64,000 bases of DNA from Hemiscyllium ocellatum (lineage: Eukaryota). Shown piece by piece: positions 11,585 to 23,449 of the stretch (positions are counted from its first letter, which is position 1; the number at the start of each line of letters is the position of its first letter). A program made the position numbers and the translations under genes. Under the pieces are notes generated by a model. It was not told the DNA's origin and searched no databases. It saw only the letters and a program-made list of their open reading frames with translations. The stretch covers positions 19,116,341 to 19,180,340 of the forward strand of contig NC_083409.1 of NCBI RefSeq assembly GCF_020745735.1, given 5' to 3'.

Positions 11585-11960
11585 CCTCCTGTGCTGTCAG
11601 TTTCCAGGGAGTGCAGACAGTTCACAGTTTTCTCCCGTCTCAGTAACAAACGTCCAGCTGCTCTGAGCTCCTTCTTTCACTTCCTCTGTTGGTGAAGTTT
11701 CAACCTTGTGATCTGACAGCCTTTGCAGTTATTTTTTACACTGGGGCTTTCTGTTGTGGTCAGAATCTCTAATAATAAGTGCCCAATCAGTGACAATCAC
11801 AGCAGCTAAGAGCTGTCAGGACTGAGGAGCCAGGCTCACTGGGAAACACATTGGGAAGATCAAAGCCATCCCCTTCAGCTCCTGGTACAAGCTCCATCCC
11901 TCTCCCTGAGCACTGTCTGCTGCTCAACCAGACTCTTTACAACTTTGGCCTCATCTTTGG
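11585..11960. promoter_or_regulatory. Candidate lymphoid enhancer ~5.2 kb upstream of V1
   Basis: About 95% identical (hand count) to revcomp of 30135-30515. Holds E-box CAGCTG 11655-11660, EICE (GGAAGTGAAA on minus) 11675-11684, Runx TGTGGT 11755-11760 and MEF2 CTAATAATAA 11769-11778. Confidence 0.55.
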
Positions 11961-13089
11961 GGCTGATTTGAGGCCCAAATCCTCCACATCACAATTATCA
12001 GCCACTGAAAATCTCAACCATGTTTTTGTGACCATTCCAATATTATCTAGGCCCACATCACAGCCACTGCCTTCCGTAAACATCAGCTCATCCCAAACTC
12101 TGCTGTCTATGTTCAAACTCACTCCAAGTCCACTCCATACCCCTGCCCACACCTCCCCATCACACCATAACCACCACAATCCTCACTGACTGACATAAGC
12201 TCCTGGTCCAGGAGCACCTCGATTTTCAAATCTCATCCTTGTTCTCAATCTGCTCCCTGTTCTTCCACCCTCCCTATCTCTGTGACCTCCTCCAAGCTGC
12301 CTCACTCAGTGTGATCAATAATCTTGGATATATGGCTCTCTGTTTCTTCATCCAAATCATTGAGAATTATCGTGAAAAGCTGAGGTCCCAGCACAGATCC
12401 CTGGGAATACCACTACTCACATCTGGCTCAATGGAACACACACACGTTATCCTTCCTCTCTGTCTCCTAGACAGACCCATTCCTGACCCAAGGTAAATGC
12501 ATTTCTCAAATTCCATCTAATTCCATGATTTGGAGATGCCAGTGTTGGACTGTCGTGTAAATGTTAAAAATCACAGAACACCAGGTTCTAATGCAACAGG
12601 TTTGTTTGGAAGCATTAGCGTTTGGAGCGCTGCTCCTTCATCAGATGGTTGTGGAGTGTAAGATCTGAATCAATGTTTCTTTTGTGGAACATTCTTAAAT
12701 GTCTTTTGGAATTCCCTATAGACAATAGCCATCGACATTCCTTATATCCCACACTAGTGATCTCCTAAGAAAGTGTAACCCGGTTAGTTAAGATGTCTGA
12801 ACCTTTGTCAATCCATGCTGATTCTCTCAGACCAGTTCATATTTGTCCGTTATTCTGTCTCTAAAAACAGACTCAATCACTTCCTGACAACAGACATTCA
12901 ATGGAGATGTTCATTGTAATTGAGGCTCGTAAACAGCTAGCACTGACACGAGGGGCTGAACAGCCTCCTCCTGTGCTGGCACCTTCTCTGTCTCCTGGAC
13001 GGAAATATTTTACAGATTAAAAACTAAAGACCAGCAGCAAATTTTAAAATATAAATTAAAAACTCCTCAAATAATTTCCACATACAGGG

Positions 13090-16000
13090 CCAGGCGATGT
13101 GTAGTAATTGTACGATGGGGAAGCTGGTGGAGCCCATTGTAGCTCAGAGTGACCACATCTACAGCAAGTGTTGGTTGCTCAAAGCACTCCAGCTCAGAGT
13201 TGATGAGCTGGAATCTGAGCTTCAAACACTGTGACACATCAGGGAGGGGGAGAGTTACCTGGACATTGTGTTTGGGGAGACAGTCACACCTTGTAGGTTA
13301 AATACTTCAAATTATGGCCAGTGGTCAGGAACAGGCGGGTGTGACCAAAGATAAACAGGTCAATGCAGCCTGGACAGCCTTACAGGTGCCTCAGCTCCTT
13401 GTCCAACAGGAATGAGATACTTGCTCCCTGTGTCAATGAGGAAAAGGATTGTCGAGAGAATGGGCAAATGTAGTTTGAGGATTTTGGTGATAGTGACCAT
13501 AACTCTGGAAATTTCAAAGTCATTATATAAAAAGATCAAGATAGAGCAGAAATTATAATGTCTAAACTGGGGAAAAAGTAGGGATGTGTAGGTTAGGTGC
13601 ATTAGCCATGGGAGATGCTGATTTACAGGGATAAGGTAGGGAGACAAGTCTGGGTGGGATGCTCTTCAGAATGTTGGTGTGGACTCATTGGTCTGAATGG
13701 CCTGTTTCACACTGTATGGATTCTATGATTCGATGACTCCTACGGGCAGTCATTGCTGGCTTGGCCAGAGATGTCCATTTCCTATGAATGAACGAAGGAA
13801 ACCACTGAACCATGGTCCAGGAGGCCACTCAGACTGGGGGAGCACAAAGAAAAGAGGGGTCTTGATAATGAGGAAACTGATAGCATCCTTTATGAGCAGG
13901 ATTGAGAGCCCCACATGGTGTGTTGCCTGTCTGGTTTCAAGGTAAGTGCATCTCGAGCCGGCTTTTAAATATAACAGACTTGGGGGGCGGGGAGGTGGGA
14001 GGAGGTGGGGTGCGGGGTTGAGGATCCAGTTGTTGTTGTATGTGTTGGGACCAACAACATCAGCAAAAATCGGCAAAAGCTCCTATTTGGACAATATCAG
14101 GAAAGCTATCAGAAGGATATTGATTAAACAGATGGAGAGAAATAAGAAAGAGGTGAATACAGCATCAGTGCTGAGGAACAGATTCCAGTGAATGGACCAA
14201 ATAAGAGTTCTATATACGAATGCACGGAGTGTAAGGAATAAATACAATAATCTGCAGGAACAAATTCACATTTAAGATTGTGGTATCGGATCAATTACTG
14301 AGCCATAGTTGCAGAATCATTCAGATTGGGAACGATATCTATCGGGTTAGAAGGTTCACAGGATGGATATAGGGAAATGGCAGAAGAGGTGGAGCAGCTT
14401 TATTGATGAGGGAAAAAATGGCTTCAATGGTGAGGGAGGTCATAATGAGGAGAAAACATTCAGTGGGACTGAGGAGCAGGAAAGGATCGAAAACTGTAGT
14501 AGATGTTGGATACAGACCCCCTGACAGCAGCTCTGAGGTGCTGGATTATATAAATGGAGGAATTAGACAAGTGTGTAGCAAAGCCAGTGTATGATTAATG
14601 GTGAAGTTTAACTTTAACTTAGATTGGGAGACAGACAAGCCCTCTGTCAGAAAGGTAGTGAATTGCTGCTGTGTGTCCAGAATAGTTTCCAACAGCAATA
14701 GGTCCTGGATACAACAAGGGGACAAGCAATATTGGAATTAGTAATGAATAATGAGCCAGATTTAGTTCGTAACTACTTGTGCATGAATATTTATCAAATA
14801 GTGATCATAACATGATCTAGTTCAGTGTCGCATTTGAAAGTAAAAAGCATGAATCAGCTGCTAGAGTTTGAGTTTAAGGTAAGGCCGACTTTAACGAGAT
14901 GAGACAGAGACTGTCCACAGTAAACTGGGAAAATCTGCTCATGGGTAAAACAACTGAACAACATTGGGGAATATTTAAAGGAACATTCAACACAAAGCAA
15001 AGCCAGTTTATACCTGAGAGGGAAAAGCGAACAAACAACAATGGTCAATTAGAGAGATAAGGGAAAGAATAAAATGTTTAAAAAAAAGGCATACAGAAAA
15101 GCAAAAAATAAGGACAGATTCCGCTGAATGGGAAGGATACAAAAGGGCCACATATCAGCTTCTAAGAGCTACCAAAGGTGATTCTGAAAGGAACCATGTA
15201 AGGGATAACAAAATCAATAAGGAGAAATGTTACAGTTCCATAAAAGGGAAGCTGGGAGGTCAGTAGCAATGTTGGCCATTAAAGACTGAAAGTGACAATG
15301 GGAAAATGACAGACATGTTAAATAAATACTTTACCTCAAGATTTGCAGTAGAAAAGGAAGAGGACTTGCCTGAAGTCCCAAAGGAATTAACAGAGGATCT
15401 GTGTCAGGGACTGATGAGATTCCCTGCAGTGTGCAAACATGCCTTTTGGCCCAACCAGTCCACACCGACCCCTCCGAAGTGTAACCCATCCAGGCCCATT
15501 TTCCCTCTGACTAATGCACCTAACACTATGGGCAATTTAGTATGGCCAATTCACCTGACCTGCACATCTTTGGATAGTAGGAGGAAACCCGTGCAGACAA
15601 TGTGCAAACTCCACACAGGCAGTTACCCAAGGCTGGAATTGAACCTGTGACTCTGGTGCTGTGAGGCAGCAGTGCTAACCACTGTGTCATCTGAATGAAG
15701 TTAATGTTAATATAACATGTGTAATAAGGAAAATAATGGAACTAAAGAGTGACAAATCCTCAGGACCTGAGGGTGATAAAGTAGAAATAGACCACATTGC
15801 AGACGCCCTGACTATAATCTTTCAGAGTTACCTGGATTCAGGAGTCATACCTCTGAATTGGAAAATTGCAAATTTCACTTCACATTTAACAAGGATGTTA
15901 GAGAAAAGCCAGGGAATTACAGGTCACTGAGCCAGCGTTTGTGGTGTGGAAATTGTTGTAGTCTATAATCAAGGATGGGGGTAACTGAAGACCTTGAAAA

Positions 16001-16430
16001 TGGTCAGTTAATCAGGGAGAATCAGCATGGATTCATGACAAGTTGGTCATGGTGAAAAAAACTCATTGAACATTTTTGAAGAGGAAACAAAATTACTGGA
16101 CACAGTAATGTCAATGGATGTTGTTTATAGGGACTTCCAGAAGGCATTTGATAAAATCCCATGTAAGAAACTGTCAACTCAGTTAGAAATCCACAGAATT
16201 GAGGCTAAAATACTGCCATAGCAAAATTTGTTGAGTGACAGGTGACAGAAAATAGGGATCATGGATAAGTGCTGAAATCAGCAGGATGTGACCAGTGGTG
16301 TCCAATAGGAATGTGTGCGCACACCTCAATTATTTACATTATTTATTAATGCATTGGATAAAGGCATAGAAAGTATGATACTCTAGTTTGCTAATGACAC
16401 AAAGTTAGGCAGCTTTGTAGGTAGTGTTCA
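13090..16430 (+). mobile_element. Degenerate CR1 LINE (ORF1 zinc finger/esterase, APE endonuclease, partial RT) with nested SINE pieces
   Basis: CSNC...DHIYSKC...LRVDELESELQTL ORF1 start, YTNARSVRNK endonuclease start, DFQKAFDK RT motif. Confidence 0.8.
15412..15691 (-). mobile_element. V-SINE copy (further fragments near 13600-13735, 47700-47815, 56272-56380)
   Basis: Same head and body as 23833-24146. Confidence 0.8.
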
Positions 16431-16623
16431 TAGAGTCAGAGAGTCAACATTCATCCAGTGCAATCTTTAACAGAGTATAATTTATCTTTGACATACAACT
16501 CCCTGACTCCATCTCTCTCTCTCACACTCTCTCTCCACACCCCTCTCTAACTCAGCTGCACAGATCTCAGTCTGAGTTCCATCCTTCTTTCTCTGTCCAA
16601 GCTCTATCCCCCTCTCTTTTAGT

Positions 16624-16662
<39 letters not shown>

Positions 16663-17109
16663 GTGCTCCATCTCTTGCTCTCTAAGCCGTATCCCTCCCT
16701 CCATTTCAGCTGCTGGGAGTTCGATCTGAGCCAATGCCAGTGAATCCCATGGAGAATAATGACGGGATATTTGGAGTGTGAGTTTGATGATGTAAATGTG
16801 AACCATTGCAGCAAAGACATTACAGATGGTTTGTACAGACAGCAAAGCCCAAACCAGAGCATTGTGTCAATCAACACAGAACTTAAAAAAGCTTCAATAA
16901 AAACAATTATTAATGTGACTCTCAGAGGTATCATTATTCTAGTTACAAATGGCTATTTCTCAGTGAAGGTCCATCCTGCTGAATATTAGATACAGCTGGG
17001 CTTTGAAGAAATATTGGGCAGATGGAGTGTAATGTGGGGGAGTGTGACCTTGTTCACTTTCACAATAATCATTCAAATGTGCCTGGAGAGTTGTTAGGTC
17101 CACACAGCA

Positions 17110-20052
17110 AAACTTGCCATTGGGTATAATCCATTAAGTGTGATAAATACAGAAACTCGCTTAGTTCTAGTTGTCAGTGAGTTCTTGTCAACATTCTTTT
17201 AACAAATCAATTTTATACAAGAATGATATACAACAAACCCTCTCTATACAACCTTCTCAGCTGGGAATAGGGAATGAATCTGGTTTTGTGACGAGACCAC
17301 ATTCCTCGAGTCTACACAGAATTAAATTGAACAGTTTGGTTCAGAAGCCAATACTACAGGAGAACGCCAATTACTCTGATATGGTTCAATCAGCTGATTC
17401 TCCAACATGGAAGCCCTCTGTTCCATCGCCGGTTTCGGTTGGTTTTTGTTTTATTTTGTCTGAATTACCAAATTCATGTTATATTTGATTCATGTGGTAG
17501 ATCTAAGTGTATCAATACAAGTCCACAAGATAAAGGAGCAGAATTGGGCCATTTGGCCCATCATGTCTGATCATTTACAGTTGATAATGTTTCTCAGCTC
17601 CAATCTCTTCCCTTTTCCCTGTAAATCTTGATCCCTTGACCAATCAAGAGCCAATCTATCTCTTTGTTAAATACACTCAATGAATTGGCCTCCAAGGCCA
17701 TCTGCAGTTCCACAGATTAATGACAATCTGGCTGAAGAAATTCCTTCTCAACCCAATTCGAAAGATCGTCTCTTCACTCTGAGTCTGTGCCCTCGGGTCT
17801 CCTACTCTCCAATTATTAGAAACATCTCCTCCATGTCCACTCTATCCAGGCCACCCTGTATTCTGTAAGTTTCAATGACATTCCCTCTCATCTTTCTAAA
17901 CTCCATCAAGTACAGAACCAAAGTCCTCAAAGACTCCTCATACAAACACCTTTGTATTGTCTGAGCAGCCTCACTAAATCTACCTGTTGATCTTTCTCCA
18001 GATTCAAAAATACAGCGTCTGAAGTCTCAAATATCTCTGAATTTGTTCATGTAATAACAGGAAGTTACTTTGGGAAGTGTCCAGGTCTTTTTTGATCTCA
18101 AGCTTTTTCTGATCCCCTCCTCTATTATACTCTCTACTTGACAAACCTGTACATGATGGGATGGTTCCTCAAAAACTGGGAGAGGAATTAAGGATGCTGG
18201 TTTTGTATTGAGGTTTACCTATAACTTGACAAGTAAGACACGCTTTATAAAACTGCACCACATCTTTAACCAATTGTGGCTCAGTAAAGTACCTGTTTCT
18301 GGATGCCTGTGTTTTCCAAATCCCCCTGTGAACTGCCATGGGAGTCTCATGTGCCCCTTGTACTATCTCCCTATGATAGCTGGGTGGGACCACTAGGCAA
18401 TGTCTAACCGACCATTCTTCATCTGGGGGTCTATGAGTGGGTCTCCACTTCCTCATCAGCGCTCCATTCTGAACACAATAACACTCTGAAATTCCTTCGG
18501 CCTCGACCTCAGTATGAGCTGACTGTGCTCATTTATTTCATTCAGGATCTGCTTTTTGGATCTGCTGCAATTAATGACATCATACCAACCACTCCACCTG
18601 GATTATCTTCACCCTTTCGGAAAGTTTCAGCGATCCTTTCACTTGCTGTGGTGTCACATCAACCCTTATTGATGGATTTTGTTTAACCATTGCCCTGGTT
18701 ACCTCACACGAAGGAGAGAGACCAGGAACCTGTTCCTGTCATTGTTCTGTTTCTTGGCCCTCCTTTGGACATTCTGTAATTATCGGGGAAGCTACTGCCT
18801 TTAGTCCTGACAAACCATTCCCCAGAAGGAAATCGACTCCTTCAACAGGGAATGTTTTCCCATTCCAACAATTACTTCTCCTGATAACAAATCACATTCC
18901 AGTTGTACTGTATACAATGGAAGTGGAATATATTTTCCACCAATCCCATTGATTAATACCTTAGCTACCATTGAGCTCTCTGGAGGGAAAATCAACTCTT
19001 TCACCAGTAAAAGGGACTGTGTTGCTCCTGTATCTCTCAGTTTGGTTCTGGGTTTAGCTGAAGAAAAAGGCGTCACCATTCCTTTTGATAAAAGTCCTGT
19101 CCACCTCTCATCTACCTGACAACCTCCTTTACTAATGACAGAATTCACCTCCAGCCTTTTTGTTATAGTTACAGCTACAACCTGCTCTGTGGGATTATCT
19201 GTTTGGGTTGCCCTCTCTGACTCATTTTTACGAACTCCCATAAATCCCATGGGTTTACCTCACAACTTCTAACATTCCAAACATACATGGCCCACCTTAT
19301 TCCAAGAGAAAAATTTCAGCTTCTGATCATCACTTCCACCCTCACCAATTTCCTTCTTCATCTGAGGAGGAGTTCTTGGGCTGTTCCCTCCTGTCCATTC
19401 TCTCCCCTGGCTATCTACCTTCCTTAGACTCTCCCAATTTTTATTTTTCTCCCATTTCTGGGCCTGATGGGAAAAAGGTTTCTGGATCGGTCTCCCATCA
19501 GGTGACTTCCCCACCTCCTGATGCTGCTTGGCTTGTTGTGCTCTTCCTGCCTCCTGTTTGTCTACTTTGGATTCCAGCATCTGCAGGGTTTTGGTTTTAA
19601 CAAAGTCTACAATCATTAGCCATTCTAGCTGCTTGTCTTACTGTCGTTCCCCTTTGGTCATCTACATGAATTCTGATTCTAGAAGGGAAGGAAGTTCTTC
19701 TCAAAGGATAACTTCTCTGAGAGCATTGTAAGTATTCTCAGCTGTTAATGCCCTTATCCACCTGTCAACATTATTTTGTTAAACTCTCTTAAACTCAGTA
19801 GAGATTTTTCCAGGCTGTTGTGTAAGTTCTGAAACATCTCTCTGTAATGTTTCTGGAGCCAACTCATATGTGCTTAGAATAGACATTTTCACCTCCTCAT
19901 GATTCCGAAAATATTCCTCTGACAGGGATGTAGAAACCTCTTGTGCTTCCCAAGTTCATTTTTGCATGGGCAAGGTCCAACCTGTTTTTCCCACCTCCCT
20001 GATGTTGCTATCTTCTGAAACAACATGAAAAATGCTTCCATATCCTTCTCTT
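17110..20052 (-). mobile_element. Degenerate Gmr1-like Ty3/Gypsy LTR retrotransposon (gag/SCAN-like, CCHC knuckle, protease, integrase Zn domain, RT)
   Basis: Hand translation: EEKDMEAFF (gag, ~20040), NKVGHVCLEC knuckle (~19290), LRDTGATQSLL protease (~19040), GVDFLLGN, AHETPMAVH...CLTC integrase H2C2 (18456-18170), MLENQLIEP.QSNW.SPVVL...FCVD and KPDSFPIP...KIDLLK RT (17420-17150). Many stops and frameshifts; integrase core missing. Confidence 0.85.
17520..17940 (-). mobile_element. CR1-type LINE 3' fragment nested inside the Gmr1-like element
   Basis: Typical LINE 3'-end sequence; the Gmr1 reading (…RQYKGVC | IDTLRSTT…) resumes across it. Confidence 0.7.
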
Positions 20053-21466
20053 CATAGTCATAGAGTCATACAGCAAACAATCAGGCCCTTCTGTTTGTTG
20101 ACATGTCGATGCCAATCAGTCATCACCAAACTCCATTTACCTGCACTTGGTCCATAGCCTTCCATGCACTGGCATTTTATGTGCTCATCTGGATGTTTCT
20201 TAAATGTTGTGAGAGGAGCTTCCTCCACCACCTTCTCAAACAGCACATTCCATATTTCTACCATCCTCTGGAGAAAACAAGTCCTCAAAACCCCTCTAAA
20301 TCACTTTTTCATACGGTATGCTTATTGCCTCTGGTCATAGACATGTCTGACATGGGGAAAAGATTCTCACAATTGACTTTGTCTATGCCTTTCATATTTT
20401 TGTATACCTCAACCGGATTCCCCCCAGAGAAAACAAACCCAGTCTATCCAGTCTCTCCTCATAACGAAAATTTTCCATCCCAGGGAACATTCTGGTTAAT
20501 CTCCTCTGCATCCTCTCCAGTCCAATCACGTTCTTCCAACAGTGTCACGACCAGAAATGTGCACAATATTCCAGACATGACCTAACCAGTGCTCTGTCAG
20601 GTAACAACACAAATTTCTACTTCCTATATTTTACACTCTGGCTAATGATGGCAATCATCCCATATGCCTTCTTCACCACCCTGTCTAGCTGTGCTGATAC
20701 CTTCCAGGATTGATGGAGTTGTACACCAAGGTCCCTTTGTTCCTCAGTACTCCCAAGGAACATAAGAACATAAGAACTAGGAGCAGGAGTAGTCCAAGTG
20801 TCCCTTCAACCCTGCTCTGCCATTCAATAAGATCATGGCTGATCTTTTCATGGACTCGGCTCCACATAAGACCATAAGACAAAGGAGTGGAAGTAAGGCC
20901 ATTTGGTCCATCGAGTCCACTCCGCCATTCAATCATGGGTGATGGGCATTTATCGACAGTTACCTACACTCTCCCTGTAGCCCTTAATTCATTGCAAGAT
21001 TTAGAATTTATCAATCTCTGCCTTGAAGACATTTAATATTTCAGATGCCACTGCGCTCTGTGGCAATGAATTCTAAAGGCCCATCACTCTCTAGCTGAAA
21101 AGTCTCCTCAGTTCTGTTTTAAACTGACCCTCTCTAACTCTAAGGCTCTGCCCACGGGTCCTAGTACCCCCACCTAATGGAAACAATTTCTCAGCATCCA
21201 CCCTTTCTAAGCCATGCATTATCTTGTAAGTTTCTATTAGATCTCCCCTTCTACACTGGAATGAATACAATCCCAGGATTTTCAGCCGTTCATCATATAT
21301 TAGGCTTACCATTCCAGGGATCATCCATGTGAATCTCCACTGGACACGGTCCAGTGTCAATATGTCCTTCCTGAGGTGTGGGACTGGACTAAATGGGGCC
21401 TAACCAGAGCATTATAAAGTCTCAGTAGCACATCTCATTTTACATTCCAACCCTCTTGATATAAAT

Positions 21467-21628
21467 TAGGAGAAAGTGAGGACTGCAGATGCTGGAGATC
21501 AGAGCTGAAAAATGTGTTGCTGGAAAAGTGCAGCAGGTCAAGCAGCATCCAAGGAGCAGGAGAATTGGTGTTTCAGGCATAAGCCCTTCTTCATTCCTGC
21601 TCCGCTTTTCCAGCAACACATTTTTCAG
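21467..21628 (+). mobile_element. Penelope-derived fold-back element with ~14-bp TSD (one mismatch)
   Basis: CTCTTGATATAAAT at 21453-21466 and CTCTTGAGATAAAT at 21629-21642. Related hairpins at about 10841-10992, 22795-22890 and 45720-45935. Confidence 0.7.
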
Positions 21629-23449
21629 CTCTTGAGATAAATGACAACATTACATTTGCTTTCTTAACCACAGATTCAACCTGCAAGTTAACCTTTAGAG
21701 AATCCAGGACTAGCATTCCTAGATCACTTTGTATTTTGGCTTTATGAATTTTCTCACCGTCTAGAAAATTGTCCATGCCTGTATTCTTTTTTCTAAAGTT
21801 GAAGACCTGGCATTTCCTCTCACTGTATCTCTTAATTCCTTTATTGCTAAAGAAAATCTGTCTTAGCTTTAAAACATTTACTGGAGTAGCATCAATTTCT
21901 TCATTGAGCAAGGAATTTCACAGATTTATGACCCTCTGGGTAAGAGGTTCCTTCTCAATTCAGTCCTAAATCTGCTCCCCCTAATTTTGAGGTTCAACCC
22001 TCTTGTTTTAGTTCCACCTGCCAGTGGGAACATCCTCTCTCCTTCTGTCTTATCTATTTTCTTTATAATTTTATTTGTTTCTATAAGATTCCCCTCATTC
22101 TCCTAAGTTCCAATGAATATATCCCAGTCTACACAGTCTCCCTTCATAAGCTAACCTCCTCCACCTCAGAATTAGCCTCGTGAACTTTCTCTGCAGGCCT
22201 CTAGTGCTGGTATTGCCTTTTTCAAGTAAGGAGATCATTACTGCATGCAGTGCTCCAGGTGTGGTCTCACCAACACCCTGTACAGCGGCAACATAACCTT
22301 CCTGCTTTTTAAAATCAATCTCTTTAGCAATGAAGGACAAAATTCCATTTGCCTTCCTAATTGCTTGTTGTACCTGTAGACCAACCCTCTGTGATTCATG
22401 CATAAGGACACTCAAGGCACATGCCTTTCATTGTGTATATCCTTCCCTTATTAGGCCTCCCAAATCAATCACCTCAGAGGTGTCAGGATTAAATTACATC
22501 AGCCATTGCTCTGCCCAATTTACCAGCTGACCAATATCAGACTGTAGCCTGAGACCCAGTAATCCAAGATGGCAGCAGAGTAGGACACTTCAGACTGAGT
22601 TCATCTGCTCCGTCTGTTTCCTTTTCTTCTTTCTATTCCACTTCTCTTTTCCTTTACTTTTGTCCTTCTCCCTTATTTCTTCTCCTGGGCACGGACTCCC
22701 AGCCTCAGTCGCCTGGCCTCTGACCCAGTGCAGACCTAATGATGTGGCCTCTTGGCTTGGTTTGGCAGTGTCCTGGCCTGGCAGGGAGACCTTCCAGAGC
22801 TGAAAAATGTGTTGCTGGAAAAGCGCAGTAGATCAGACAGCATCCAAGGAGCAGGAGAGTCGGCATTTCGGGCATGAGCCCTTCTTCAGGGATACCTTCC
22901 AGCCCAATGGGGCAGACTCTTGGTCCAACATGATGGCCTCTCAGTTTGATGTGGTGGCCTCTCAGCCCAGCTAAGTTCTTAAGAAACGCTATAATACTTG
23001 AACTTCCAGCTTTATTTCTTCATTTTCTACTTAAAACTAAACAGATCTGCAACGTGTAACTTTGAACTTTATTCTTTCTTCCTACCTTGTTCTTACGATT
23101 CTGTACTGAGGTCCTTGTACCTAAGATGGCACCTTGTGAGGTGGCGTTACATACTTTTCACTGTACTCCAATACTTTTGCACTCGAATACACGTGACAAT
23201 AAACTAAAATAAAAATCAAATCAATATCAATAACACCACCAATTTATGTGGCCTCTGAAAAACCTTCGATTTATACAATCACAGTCAATTTGTTAATGTA
23301 CATTATAAACAGCAAGGGTCCCAGCCCCAATCCCTGTCTTACACCACTGGTCACAGGTTTCCAATCACAAAGACAACCCTCCACCATCACTCTTTGCCTC
23401 ATATTTGGATCCAATTTGCCAAAATGCCTTGGATCCAATGGGCTCTTAC

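Larger units (their letters stand above)
1..11960 (-). repeat. Left arm of inverted segmental duplication A (cluster 1)
   Basis: Collinear reverse-complement blocks: 1-320/38965-39300, 340-1310/37630-38570, 4190-8700/33790-37590, 11585-11960/30135-30515, with arm-specific TE insertions between them. Confidence 0.9.

Noticed and set aside
16482-16989. Hydrophobic 150-aa minus ORF and overlapping 76-aa plus ORF
   Set aside because: Half is (GA)n microsatellite translation; no recognisable domain, splice context or paralog in the window.
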